Source: Eledone cirrhosa (taxonomy: Eukaryota). From it: a stretch of 64,000 bases of DNA. A program made the position numbers and the translations under genes. The notes beneath the pieces were generated by a model, which had not been told where the DNA came from, ran no database searches, and saw only the letters and a list, made by a program, of their open reading frames with translations. Numbering within the stretch: position 1 is the first letter of the stretch; each line of letters starts with the position of its first letter. This document shows positions 12,281 to 26,148 of the stretch, in pieces. The DNA lies in contig OZ024740.1 in the NCBI GenBank assembly GCA_964016885.1, forward strand, positions 437,534,001-437,598,000, given 5' to 3'.

Positions 12281-13290
12281 AAGGAGATCTGAGGGTGGAA
12301 GAGGTCTTATCAGCATAGAGGACTGTGTTCAGATGGAGAAAAACAACCTACACAAATACGTGACTGATAGTAAGGAGCCAATGCTCAGAACTGTACTGAA
12401 GGAGGGGACAATAGGCCAGGGGATGTCCAAGGAGAAAGAGCAGCCTTCAGGAAAAATCCCTTCATAGTACCTTCTTTGAGAAAACTGAATTTAGAGATCC
12501 ACAGACATGGAACTGGTTGAGAAGAGGAGACCATAAAAAGGCTACAGAAGGAATGTTAATGGCTGCGCAGGAGCAGGCCCTCAAAGCGAAGTGGTTGAAA
12601 CACCATATTCACAAGGAGGAGGCTAGCCCACTGTGCAGGATCTGTGGAGAGAGAGAGGAGACTGTGGCTCACATTGTATCCGAGTGTAAACACCTAGCCC
12701 AGACCCACTATAAGGGCTGGAGACATGATGTGATGGGCAGGGTGATCCACTGGCACCTGTGCAAAGTAAACAATTTACTACATTCTGAGAAATGGTATGA
12801 GCATAAGCCAGAGGCGGTGATGGAGAACGATCAGGTGAAGGTGCTGTGGGATTTTAGGATACAGACAGACAAGAAACTGGAACACAATAGACCTGACCTG
12901 GTGGTTGTGGACAAAGAAAAAAGATCGTGTCTGATTGTGGATGTGGCCTGCCCATTCGACACGAGAGTGCAAGAGAAGGAGAGGGAGAAAATTAACCGAT
13001 ACCAGGACTTAAAGTGGGAGGTAAAAAGGATTTGGAACTGCCATGAAGTCAAAGTGATCCCGATTGTCATAGGCGCACTGGGGACCCTCTCCAAAAGTTT
13101 CCAGGGATGGTTAAAGAAAATCGGCCCCTTCACGCTTTTTGGAACGTTTCAAAAGGCATGCTTGCTGGGAATAGCAAGAACCCTCCGATACATCCTGAAT
13201 ATCTGAGGCTGCAGGTAGTGGCTTGATATTCATTCCAACGGACTTTCCAGTTAACTAACATCAATGACTGAGATTCAAGGAATAATAATA
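12281..13290 (+). mobile_element. R4/Dong-type non-LTR retrotransposon 3' end (restriction-like endonuclease)
   Basis: GGRGL motif, zinc knuckle CRICGEREETVAHIVSEC, RHD, RPDLVVVD...LIVDVACP, K..Y motif; (taa)n tail; sits in a TAA/TAATA microsatellite. Confidence 0.9.
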
Positions 13291-13304
13291 AATATAATAT
13301 ATAA

Positions 13305-13845
13305 TAATTGTTTCTACTTTAGGCACAAGGCCAGCAAATTACCCAGTACATTACTGGTACTTTATTTTATCGACCCCGTAAGGATGAAAGGCAAAGTTAA
13401 CCTCGGCGGGATTTGAACTCAGACTGTAAAGGGACGTAACTATGCTAGAAAGCATGGCGTTCAACCCTCTACCGATACTGCCAATAATATAATATAATAT
13501 AATAATATAACAATATATAATAATTGTTTCTACTTTTGGCACAAGGCCAGCAATTATACCAGTGTATTACTGGTACTTTATTTTATCGACCCTGTAGGGG
13601 TGAAAGGCAAAGTTAACCTCGGCGGGATTTGAACTCAGACCATAAAGGGACGTAACTCTTTGCTGCAAAGCATGGCATTTGACCCTTTACCGATACTGCC
13701 AATACACCGACTCAGATTTGAACTATACGATCTGAGTTCAAATCCCGCCGAGGTTGACTTTGCCTTTCATCCTTATGGGGTCGATAAAATAAAGTACCAG
13801 TAATGCACTGGGTAATTGCTGACCCTGTGCCTAAAGTACAAACAA
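13305..13845. mobile_element. cluster of three SINE B copies (13305-13485 -, 13520-13703 -, 13728-13845 +)
   Basis: Repeated SINE B consensus; another copy at 14765-14880 (-). Confidence 0.85.
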
Positions 13846-13964
13846 ATATAACAATATATAATAATACAACAATATATAATAATATATAATATAATATATA
13901 ATAATATAACAATTTTTTGCAGGGAAAAGCGGACGTAAAATGATGATGATGATGATAATATAAT

Positions 13965-14667
13965 CATCATCATCACAGTTTAACGTCCGTTCTTCTACGC
14001 TAGCATGGGTTAGACGGGTTGTCCTGTTGTGAGCAGTGTCTGGTCGGCTGACCATGCCTTGCTCATACAGGAACTGATTTTGGCTTGATTTCTACAGCTG
14101 GATGCCCTTCCTAACACCAACCTCATTTACAGTGTGGGCTGGGTGCTTTTTTGCCGTGGCACCTCCACGACCACCTTGCAGTGGGAGAGTGTGGGGTTGT
14201 ACCCATGGGAGGTCGGGTACTCTGTATTACTGCGTGACGCCAGAGGTCACGGTCGTGTGTCATCGCCTTTGAGAGGTGTAATTGGGTGAGGTCGGCTTTT
14301 ATCACCTCATCCCAGGTCTTCTTGGGGGGTCTCCCCACTCCACAGTTTCCATTGACTTCTAGCGCTCTGCACCTTTTTATGCAGCTGTCATCCTTCATAC
14401 GCATCACATGTCCATACCAACGCAACCGCCTCTCCTGCACACAGCATTTGATTCCTCTTATGCTCATTCTCTCTCTCAATTCATTTATCCTTTGTCGTTC
14501 GCGTATATATCTATTACACATCCATCGGAGCATGCAGGCTTCGTTTCTTTCTAATCTACGTAAGTCTTCCACCTTCAGCGCCCAGGTCTCACTACCATGC
14601 AACATTGCTGTTCAGATACACGCATCATGCAGTCTACCTTTCATTTTGAGGGAGAAGCCTTTTGCAG
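13965..14667 (-). mobile_element. RTE LINE family 2, 3' end with 3' UTR
   Basis: MLHGSETW...ERRLRWYGHVMRM...KTWDEVI, then UTR and (tga)n; same family as 60981-62667. Confidence 0.9.
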
Positions 14668-15004
14668 TATAATATATAATAATATAACAATATATAATAC
14701 AACAACAATATATAATAATATATAATATATAATAATATAACAATATATTATTATATAATATATATTTGTTTCTGTTTTGGGCACAAGGCCAGCAAATCCT
14801 CCAGTACATTACTGGTACTTTATTTTATCGACCCCGTAAGGATGAAAGGCAAAGTTAACCTCGACGGGATTTGAACTCATAATATAATATATAATAATAT
14901 ATAATATATAACAATATATAATATAATATATATTTCTTTGTTTTTCTAACAAACAATAAATGACTAAACATTTCACTTCTTAACCAAGTATTTCCCTATT
15001 TTTC

Positions 15005-15280
15005 TGTTGTTGTTGTTGTTACTACTACTATTACTTCTGCTGTTGCTAGTACTACTACTACCACTATTACTACTACTATTACTTCTGCTGTTGTTGTTAC
15101 TACTACCACCACTACTTCCACCACCACCACTACGACCACTACCACCAATACTACTACTACACCAACCCCACTACTACTACCACTACTATCACTATCACTA
15201 CTATCACTACTATTACTTCTGCTGTTGCAAGTACTACCACTGCCACTACTATCACTATCACTACCACCACTACTACTATA
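15005..15280. repeat. (ACT/ACC)n trinucleotide tract
   Basis: Direct inspection. Confidence 0.9.
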
Positions 15281-16496
15281 TTGATTCCTATTCACCTACC
15301 ACAAGGTTTTCACATTTATAAACAGTGTAAATTAAGAATGTTTCCTTTTCAAAGAGCATTACTAACACAAATATATTGAAATGGCTTCAACTTCAAAATG
15401 AAACTAGGATTTTGGACTTAGCTCACCAAGTACTTATTTTTCACTATGGGAATCCTTGCAGCTTGATAAGAACTGTACTAATATCACCCTTCTCCCCTAC
15501 TGTTTGCACTAATGTCACCTAGGCTTCCTAGCCTGTTAGTCTAGAAGGCTCTCCACAGGCTGTATTTATAGTCTTCTCTCTCTCTCTCTCTCTCTTGATC
15601 AACAAATTAAAATAAGATGGAGGAATCTATTTGTTTAAATCTCTCTAACAACAAAGCTGCTACTACCTTTTAACTACATGTAAAATTATCAATTTTAAAG
15701 TATGTACTTCAGTGAAAGTCAGTACATTTGATCATTTTGCTTCAGGATTTTCTGATAGATTTTTGTCCCCTTATTTCCCTACTGTTTTTTGGCTCTCTAT
15801 ATACAGCCCAGATATTTTGTCATTGGTTTCTGAAGCATTATATGGTTTTACAGGACAGGGAAAAAGAAGTTTTTAACTCACAACAAACCACTCTATTTCA
15901 TATTTGTTGATATAGAAAAGAGTTTAGAAGGGTGACGGAGAGAATTAGATTTAGAGCAATGGGTTAGGAAAAGAAGAATAACTTGGAAAATATTTATGGT
16001 AAGCTTACTGAAAATTGGACAATATAGACAGAAATTTAGTGTACATATAAGTGTTTACCAGGGCTTTGTTCTCAGACCACTACTATTGATTATAGTAATA
16101 ATTGGGGAGTTCAAGGCTGGATATTCTTGACATTTATCTGTTGACAACCTGGTTCTCTTTGCAGGGTCTGTCAGGGAACTTTCCAGAAAAGTTTCAAACC
16201 TGGAAGCATTATCTAGAGTCGAAATGTCTGAAGTTGAACATGGCAGAGATTCAAGTGTAAGTTAGTATCAAATAACACCAGATCCTAGTACCATTTTGGA
16301 AGTTTCTTTTCTCTATGTGTTGGAAAGGATTAGCTTGAGTCTCAATACTGTGTGTTAACCCTTTTGATACGAAACTGCCTGAAACTGCCCCTTCTTCTAT
16401 CATACCCTTTATTTTAAAGTGTTTATATTTATCTAAAAACCTTCCATCATAATTTTATTTAAGAAACTTTATTATGTTATACTTCAAACATTAGGT

Positions 16497-16680
16497 GAAT
16501 TGGCAGTATCGGTAGAGAGTCGGATGCCATGCTTTGCAGCATAGTTACGTCCCTTTATGATCTGAGTTCAAATCCCGCCGAGGTTAACTTTGCCTTTCAT
16601 CCTTACGGGGTCGATAAAATAAAGTACCAGTAATGTACTGGGTAATTGCTGGCCTTGTGCCAAAAGTAGAAACAATTATT
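16497..16680 (+). mobile_element. SINE family B, near full length
   Basis: tggcagtatcggtagag...ctgagttcaaatccc...gtagaaacaattatt. Confidence 0.85.
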
Positions 16681-17838
16681 ATGTTATACTTCAAATGAGG
16701 AAAATAGTTATATTACTAATTAGTTATATTACTAATGAGGAAATTTATTACTAAATCTCTCTAAATTCTTGATCATTTTCAAAATTATTTGAAAATAATA
16801 GCCAGTGCTTTCCTTTATAAATATGTTAAAGAGTTGGAGACTTCCCACATTCTTCGCCCTCCGGATTGCATCCCTACTCACTGCTATTGGAGAAGAGCTG
16901 GTTGCCTGCATGTGCAATCCCTGTGAGGTGGAGTAGCTGCTCCAGTGCGTCTCCCTCACTATCCTCCCGGACAATGTATTCTCCATCCTGTCAGGCAGGA
17001 CCCTGAGGGTAAGTTAGTTGGAGGTGGAGGATACATGTTCAGAGTCACACATATACACACACACTCAACATATGAACTGCTACAAATGTTTGTAAATATG
17101 GGATCTGTGACAGCTTCACACTTCAGATCTGTCAACTATGTAGGAAAGTTCAGTAATGGTTTCACCTACAAATTGAAGTGGTAACATACCTAAGAATTTC
17201 TCTTCCTTATAGGATTGAATTAGTGTTGGTGGTTTTAGTGGGAGCATATTAACAAAATAATTGTTTCTACAGTTGGCACAAGGCCAGCAATTTTAAGAGA
17301 AAGGGGAAGTTGATTAAATCGACTCCAGTGTGTTACTGGTGCTTTATTTATTGAGCCCTTATAGATGAAAAAAGCATATTGTTGGATGCTCTGCCAATCC
17401 AATGGCAAGAAAATAATAATAAAAAAAGTAAAGTAGGGGACAGTGAAATATGGGAAGTTAATGGGGAACTTCTGAAGACTGAAGAGAAATTAGTTTGATG
17501 ATCCATTGGATGGAAAATGTTAACTTACAAACAGACCTTAAAAGTATACTGAGATATTGGCTGGGCATTAAAATTATTGACTAGGATAGTGGGTCACAAA
17601 TTGGGGTCCATGGCACACTGTGGTCCTACAAAATATTGATAGATCAGTGTACGTTACAGAAGGAAATTATGAAAACTGAGATTTTCCACAAAATTATTAT
17701 AGTGGTAGTAGTAGTGGTGGTGGTGATAAGTTCAACATAACAAATTAGAAGTTAGTCAAACAGAGAAGCTTCAAAAAGGAAAAAAATTGTATGTATATTT
17801 CTTGGATGCATTTATATATATATATGTGTGTATGTGCA

Positions 17839-17905
<67 letters not shown>

Positions 17906-18689
17906 ATATAAACACCAACTTTATGTGTGGGTTAGGAGGTAGAATGTAATAAAACACTTACAGAAAGTATGTTTAAAGAAAAATAAGAAGGGATAATAAT
18001 AATAATTCGACCTTAAAAAACAACAAAATAATGTGAGAAAATGTGTCCTGTGGGAACCATTGTGAAACTTTTGAAATGCAATAAAATTCTAGTGGGAACA
18101 ACAGCTAGAGAGGAAAAAGAAATGTTTTAGAGTTTGGTGTAGTCTGTAAGACTCTCATATCTAATCAGATAATAAGAGACTAAGTAGTCAATAGGAAAAG
18201 TATGAAATCTATGTTGCAATCTCAGAACTTTGAATTCTACCTGTGATATCTGGAACTGAGGACATGATTACAGGGAATATATGGAGAAATTACATGAGAG
18301 AGGGGGAGAGAGAGACAAAACATGATTACAGGGAACATAATATGAAGAAATTACATGAGAAAGAGACTGAGAGACAGTGAGAGAGAGAGAGACAGAACAT
18401 GAAAAAAAAAGAAAAAAATATATATATAATTGTAAATGTACAAATTGTATATATTTCAATTTTGTTTTTCTGGATAAGACAAGAATTGATAAATAACCTT
18501 TTTTTCTTTTAAAGATTCTAAAGATTCTTAGAAGACAGAATTGGTAAAGTTTGTTTATTATTACAGTTAACTTTATTAAATATTAGTATTGTAAGAGTAG
18601 GGGGTGTCGGTAGAGTTGTTATAGCATTGAACAAGATGACACTGGGGTCTTTCTCACACCTCTTTATTTTCTGAGTTCAAATCAATATT

Positions 18690-19140
18690 GCAGTGGTCGT
18701 GGTGGTAGTAGTGGCAGTAGTTATGGTGGTGGTAATAGTAATAGTAGTAGTGGGGGTAGTTGTAGTGGTGGTGGTTGTAGTGTAGAGAGAGAGAACAAGA
18801 GAATAAAATAAGTATTTTTATCATAGTAACTACTGCACATTTACAACTAGAGTGTCTGCAATGTATTTCTCTGAGAAAAAGCTTATATATGATGGTTGCG
18901 TGGTGGTGGTGGTGGTGGTAGTAGTGGGTGGTGGTGGTAGTAGTGGTAGTGGTAGTAATAGTGAGTGGTGGTGGTAGTGGGAGGTGGTAGTAGTAGTAGC
19001 AGTAGCACCAGTAGTAGTGGGAGGTGGTGGTGGTAGTAGTAGTGAGTGGTGGTGATGGTAGTAGTAGTAGTGTGTGGTGGTGATGGTAGTAGTAGTAGGT
19101 GGTGGTGGTGGTAGTAGTAGTAGTGGTGGGTGGTGGTGGT
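18690..19140. repeat. (GGT/AGT)n trinucleotide tracts
   Basis: Direct inspection. Confidence 0.85.
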
Positions 19141-20705
19141 GGAGTGTGGGTTTGCAATGTACTTCTATGAGAAAAGGCGTATATATGTCATGCAGCCTTT
19201 TATCACAGAAATACTTTAGCTGTAAATTTTTTTTAAGATGCCTCAAATATTTTGATTTCTGTAAGTGACCTCCATCAGAAATCATTTAAAAACCATAGCT
19301 TTATTGGTTTAAGTATATCTATAATAACCATTGATCTTTTTATTTTTTTCATGACCAAAGTAAAAACTGGTGTAGTGACTACATTTGACACTTTGAGATA
19401 TTTGAGTCTATAAAGATATAAAATACAGAGATGCTTGAATATTCATGAATAAACAGATGTATCAATTGCCAGAATTCTATACTGATTGTTGCCAGTATGT
19501 AGTTGTAAAAATTTATGAAATCTTTGAATTCCCTTCGCTGCCAAATCAGCAGTTTAACTGATCATCTGAGCAAATGTGCTATCTGCAATGACTCAGCTGT
19601 GCTGAATTGGACTAGAAAATGCACCAATGCTTCTATATAAACCAGATCTTCTACTTTTGAATTCATAAGTTGTCAGAGTGAAATGTCATTAAGAAATATG
19701 TAAAAATCTGATTAATCTATTGCAGAAAACCTGTTACCATCATCTATATTCTATCGGAAACCAGATGCGTTCAATAAATCTCTTGTGGCAATGTAGGATT
19801 GTGATTTCACATGGGGGTGTTAATACAAGGCTGCTTACTGCATATGAATTGAGCGGAAAATGCCAACAGTAAAATAACAATGTAAACAGTTTGCTAGCTT
19901 CTGCTAAACTGTGTGAAAATCTCACTGTTTTACTCTCCTTCTACCATCTTGTCTTAGATAGTTAGAATTTAATAATGCTTGGAAAGATAAGATTTTCTTT
20001 GAATATTCTGTGAAAATAACAAACTAACTTCCATTGATTGGTCTCCCTATTATCACTGAATATTATCATTGAACAGTGTTATTACAACAGTAAAGCCCCT
20101 GGCTCGACAAAAACTAGAGATAAATTCTTCATTTAAAAAATATAATTTGTAATTTACCCACAATATCTTAAACATACTTCTAGAATATTGGAAAAAGAGG
20201 ATAAATTATATTCCCAATTACCATCTTTGCCTTCAGTGATAAAGCAATGTCTTTATTCTATGTGATGTCAGTTTATATAAGAAACAAAACCATTAAAAAT
20301 GTGTACTCAGCATTTTTATTTAATCTCTTTGGAAATGTATTACATGTACATTGTGAAATATTCTGCAGTAGAAAGGAGCTACACATTATCTCTGAGTTGT
20401 ACTAAGTTTAAGTAAGTGACAGTAAAATGTATGAACAAACTAAGGCAGCATAGAGTGGAGATGACCTTTTGGTCCTGTCAAAGACTTGACAACCTCTCTA
20501 TTGTTGGTGCCATGATAAAATACACCCAGTATATTCTCTAAAGGGGTTAGCATTATGAAGGGCATTCAGTGGTAAAGACCTTGCCAAATGTGGAACATCA
20601 TGATGGTGATAATTACTGGTAAATCACTTAAACCGGCGGCATACAAAGTGGAAAGAAATTATTGCTTGTTTGTTCCACTTTAATGAATTGTTTGTATCCG
20701 TAACT

Positions 20706-21099
20706 TGTGGTGCCCCAGCATGGCCTCAGTCTGTCGGCTGGAACATGTAATAGAGTAACAATGGTGGTGCCCCGGCATGACCGCAGTCTCACAGCTGTAA
20801 CATGTAATACAGTAACAATGGTGGTGCCCCAGCATGACCACAGTCTCACAGCTGGAACACGTAATAGAGTAACAATGGTGGTGCCCCAGCATGACCACAG
20901 TCTCACAGCTGTAACATGTAATAGAGTAACAATGGTGGTGCCCCAGCATGACCACAGTCTCACAGCTGGAACACGTAATAGAGTAACAATGGTGGTGCCC
21001 CAGCATGACCACAGTCTCACAGCTGTAACATGTAATAGAGTAACAATGGTGGTGCCCCAGCATGACCACAGTCTCACAGCTGGAACACGTAATAGAGTA
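20706..21099. repeat. 57-bp minisatellite, ~7 copies, with alternating variants (114-bp higher-order unit)
   Basis: Units alternate gctgtaacatgt / gctggaacacgt; 19-aa periodicity in the ORF track. Confidence 0.95.
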
Positions 21100-22974
21100 A
21101 TTATACTAATAACTTGCAATATGGTCATTTGAGACTACAGAACATGTGAATTTATGAGTGGGGTGCTATATAAGAGACAAGTAGTTCAGTACATTTTATT
21201 TCTTGAACCAATATCAAGGGCCAGGAAGGAAACTGTCAAAATACGATCATCATCACGATTGTAAAGATATAATTCAGGAGAGGGGGTGAGTTCTTACAAA
21301 AATTTGTATAAAAAATATAAAATTCTAAAGCTAGCATGGAGTTTATAGATATTTTATCAATTGTTGCGAAAAGCTTTTTCTTTACTGTTTTTCTCTCATC
21401 TATATTTATCATGGTTAAGGGACAAATAAATTGTAGAAAACATTTTAAATTTTGTCTTCTACACTATTTAGTTTTTACTTTTAAGATTTAACTTTGATCA
21501 CTTTTTACTTCTAGGAAAATAAAATGTTTTCATGTAAACTTTTGAGCTTAAATATAAATATACACACACACACACATATATATATATACTTAAGGTAAAC
21601 ATTGATGCAATTCAATTCAAGCACTCAACGTACTTTTTCCACATAGGAGTGATAGAGTATATTTACTTATTCTATATATATATATATATATCATCATTTT
21701 TACGTCTGCTTTTCCAAAGCTTGCATATATTTATATATATATATATACAACACACACAATTGAATATATTCATCATCATTATTTAATGTCCACTTTCCCT
21801 GCTAGAAGGGTTGAATGGGTTTTCTTAGCTCACGTCAGTACTGAAGTGGGGCAACTGACCTCCCAGACAGACCGGGGTGTCTGTATCTTACGTATGGTCT
21901 CACATTCTATGAAGTGCACAAGTACAAGAGGGGTTGTCATGTTTTTGACACAAGTGAAGGGTCCTCCCAAACTTTTGTATGGCAAACTTTCAAAAGCTGG
22001 ATGCCCTTCCTATCATAAACCACTTTGCAGCATGTACTGGGTGTATTTATCATGTAGGTTACTTAAACTAGAGAAGTTGTCTTGCTGTGACACAACTGAA
22101 GGGTCTTCTCAAGCCTTTTTAGGCATGGTTTTTACAGTGGGGTGCCCTTACAGAGTGTTCTGGGTGCATTGTTTGTGGCACCAACACTAGAGAAATCCTT
22201 GTCCCAATGGAAGAGCCCTGTCTACTCTGTGGGGGTTGGGAGATAAGAAGTTATGGCAAATGTGTGATTGGACAGTGATGAGTGAGGAAGGGGAGTAGGT
22301 GGCTTTTGATAGCATGAGGGAGGGGTGTGCTGGTGAGAACCCCCCACCAATGATGTATTTAATAGAGCAGGGCAGGGAACAGCACTTGAGAGGGGGGGGG
22401 GGGGGGGGTAGTGATGGAAACAATAGGTATGGAGGGGTATGGGTCATGTGGAGAGAGTAGCTACAGGGTGTGATGTTGAGGGTTTGTAAGGGTTTTAGAG
22501 AGGGCAACAGCTAAGAGATGATATTGGAAGGGGCCGGGATGGAGTGGGGGTGTGTAGTGATGGTGATGATAGTTGATAGGGGGTGCTAGTGGAAGGGGGG
22601 TCTCAAGGATAAGTCAGGTCACATTGTATCCTGTTGGCCATTTTAAGATCATTTTCCTCAGTTAAAGCAAGGGTTAGTTTTGCAGGTCCCTTAATAGGCT
22701 TCATATTCATCACAGGGTCCTTTTTGTGGCTATAACACATAGCCTCAAAAATGACCCATGCTGGCCTGGTTTAGATGGGTTGTCTTGTTCTGAGACTACT
22801 GCTCATGCATTTCAGATTGCCATCGTTTCTATAGCTGGAGGCCCTTCTTAATGTCCTCCACTTTATGGGATGTACTAGGTACATTTTATCATGGTGCCTG
22901 AACAACCCCTTTACAGAGTGGATTGGGTGTGTTTAACTGTGGTACCGGTACTACCACTATACAGCATGGGCTGA

Positions 22975-23226
22975 GTGTACTTTATCATGGTAGTGGCCCT
23001 ACTACTTTATAGAGTGGGCTGGGTGTACTTTATAATGGTAGTGGCACTACTACTTTATAGAGTGGGCTGGGTGTACTTTATCATGGTAGTGGCACTACTA
23101 CTTTATAGAGTGGGCTGGGTGTACTTTATCATGGTAGTGGCACTACTACTTTATAGAGTGGGCTGGGTGAACTTTATAATGGTAGTGGCACTACTACTTT
23201 ATAGAGTGGGCTGAGTGTACTTTACT
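22975..23226. repeat. 48-bp minisatellite, ~5 copies, derived from an RTE/SINE 3' module
   Basis: Unit gtgtactttatcatggtagtggcactactactttatagagtgggctgg; resembles actttacagtgtgggctgggtg in the RTE 3' UTR. Confidence 0.9.
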
Positions 23227-23896
23227 GTGGGACCAGTGCTATTACTTTACAGGGACAGCCTGAAAAAAGGATGAGTTGATCATGGTTGGAATAATTTTAA
23301 TCAAAGTTTGGATAACTCAGCTGACCTGGGACTAAATTATATCAAGAATATGAGAAGAAAGTCAGTACCTATGACTCCAGACTCTGCCGAAGTATGCTGC
23401 TGTTCAGGTCAACAGTGATGTTAGGGTAAGACTCGAGCCATCCACATTTGTGACTATGTGCTTCTAACCAGACAAGTTTGCACATGTTGCCGCTCCACTG
23501 TGGGACTTGTGAAGAAATATCTACACAAGATGGCAATGCTACGTGCTTGTGCTATATATATAGCACCGACTCCATGCTAACAGCTATGTGTCCAGTGATA
23601 AGTCAAGATAACAGGACAGTTACAAGGATCACATGTATTATTGTCATGGAGTTTAACCTCTCCAGGGGGTGTAGCCATAACACCATGCTTGGCCAATTGC
23701 AGGCTGTTGAGGATAGTTAACCTTTAGTTGGGGTGGATGGTCATAAACTGAGGAGTTCCTCCACCCTTTTAACAGCTCTTGACTTTGTGCTTCTGAGTTT
23801 CTACTTACCCTCCTCACCAGATCCTGGGTAAGTAGAAACCCAGAGGGAACTGGTTTCGTCACCAACCACCCGTCTATGAAACAGGTTGTACTGGGC

Positions 23897-24470
23897 TACA
23901 ATGATGGAACCCTATCTTGCTCAGAACATTGACCTCCTGGAAACTGTTCAGAGACGTGCAACCAAGCGCATACCCTCCATCAGACATCTACCATACTCTG
24001 AACGCCTTGCTTCCCTGGGCATGGATTCATTGAAGCTCCGACATCTGGCAATGGACTTGGTAAACACCCACAAAGTTGTTAACCATCTCGCCAACAACAA
24101 CCCTGAGCATTTTTTGATCTCCATGTGTCTAACACACGTGGACATGCCTACAAAGTCAGAAAACAGCACAGCTCCCATGACTTTCGGAAACATTTTTTCA
24201 CGCTTAGAGTTGCTGAAGCATGGAACAAACTGCCTGCGTCAGTTGTTAGCTGTCGAGACACTGCATCCTTTAAAACCTTCATGCTTCCTGAAATTCGCCA
24301 AAACTACACCTGATATACCCCTTCCATACACATGCACACATGTGTATATCATGACTCATGCACTGTTCATTTTCTTGACGTTTGTACATTACCCTATGTA
24401 CTATACATACATTTTTGATGAGTTGTATTGCACCTGAGCACTGTACACAATATTTACATTATTATTATTA
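23897..24470 (+). mobile_element. CR1-clade LINE 3' end
   Basis: PYLAQNIDLLETVQRRATKRIP...YSERL...NTRGH.YK...FFTLRVAEAWNKLP; (att)n tail; further 3' fragments at 25915-26230 (-) and 28652-28887 (-). Confidence 0.9.
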
Positions 24471-24514
24471 TACCAGTAGCAGGCAGAGACCTGACCTGAT
24501 ACACACATATACAT

Positions 24515-24572
<58 letters not shown>

Positions 24573-25662
24573 ATATATATGTGTGTGTGTGTGTTGTTAT
24601 GGTAACTTTTTATTTCACTGCCTCCTTCTACTGTTATTCCACTTTACTTTGTATCTTTTCTCTTTCTTTCTCTCTTTATATATATATATATATACATGTC
24701 TGTATGTTTGTATATATACATATGCATATGTATATAAACACGTGTGTATGTATATATATATGTATATACACATATTAACTTATCACACTCATCCACACAC
24801 ATACATTGAAGCTGTCAAGATAGATTTTCTCATGGAATTTTAGTTTTGGATTCTCGTGTGCAACTAACACCTTGACAATTAGTTTCATGTATATATATAT
24901 ATATATATATATATATTACTGTTTCATGTGTGTGTCTATATATATATAGATATATATTACTGTTTCATGTGTGTGTCTATATATATATTACTGTTTTATG
25001 TATGTTTTCTCAGTTTTAGTTTCTGTTGTCTTTTATTATATTCTCATCATTATATGTCTTCACAATGCCATAAATAGTCTATGACTACAATATATTTCAT
25101 AATGTCCCAATACATAACCCATCTTTTACTTTATTACATTAGCTTCTGCGTGCTAATTAAAATTCGTGCTGAGAGGCATGTCGGTACATTGGGACTTCAT
25201 TATGCCCATAAGACTTGCTTGAAACTGAGGCTGTTCGTGCAGTAAAAATTTGGAAATTCTATCAATCCCTATGGTCCCTTCGCCCTAATTTGATTTTGTC
25301 TTTGATCACTAAAAGTTTAATGAGATTCTCCATAAAAAGTGAATCCACAATCTTGAGAACTTGTACCACTCCCCTAGCAATGTGTAGGAAGAGATAATTT
25401 TCTCACTTTCTACATGTTCTTTTGTTGGCTTTTCTCTCTTTTTTTGTTAAATTTATTCTGAGTTTTCCATTCTGCTTTCATTGGAATTGTTGCTACTCTT
25501 TGTCCTTTCTATATTTTTTTATGTTTCATTTTTTTTGTTTTACTTTTTGCATTTGTTTTTGTTTACATGTTTCTGTTATCTAAATGTATAGGAGAAACTA
25601 GAATACATACTATTACCTTAAAGCAGCATGAAATAAGAAATATATATATATATATATATATA

Positions 25663-25808
25663 TGATTAGTCCAGAAATAGGCGTCGAAACGGCTTGAGCT
25701 CTGCCGTCGGGGTCTTGAACATTTTCCTATTACCCACTCTACTACCCAAAGTATTGAGTACTCTGATGCGTTATGGTCCACTTGGTTCCTTACCACACTT
25801 CCTTTGTT
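25663..25808 (+). mobile_element. non-coding repeat carrying the 3' half of a hammerhead (probable Penelope-type pLTR fragment)
   Basis: gtcGAAAcggcttgagctctgccGTCggggtc; same family at 44580-44752 and 49689-49882, always next to (TA)n. Confidence 0.6.
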
Positions 25809-25968
25809 AAATATATATATAGATGAACAGAGCTGTTATTTGCTGGGGATCATTTGTTATGGCAGTGATATTAGGACATTGGGAGAAAAACGGCCTTGTG
25901 GTATTTTAATAATGAAAATTATTGTGTACAATGCTCAGGTGCACTACAACTCATCAAAAGTACATAGA

Positions 25969-26148
25969 ATAATTGTTTCTACTTTAGGCACAAGGCCAGC
26001 AATTACCCAGTGCATTGCTGGTACTTTATTTTATCGACCCCGTAAGGATGAAAGGCAAAGTCAACCTCGGCGGGATTTGAACTCAGATTGTAAAGGGACG
26101 TAACTATGCTGGAAAGCATGGCGTCCGACCCTCTACTGATACTGCCAA
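25969..26148 (-). mobile_element. SINE family B within a CR1 3' fragment
   Basis: SINE B consensus flanked on both sides by CR1 3' sequence. Confidence 0.85.

Noticed and set aside
16830-17015. GC-richer segment ending in a gagg|gtaagt donor-like site
   Set aside because: Stop codons occur in all three + frames, with no good acceptor and no recognisable protein
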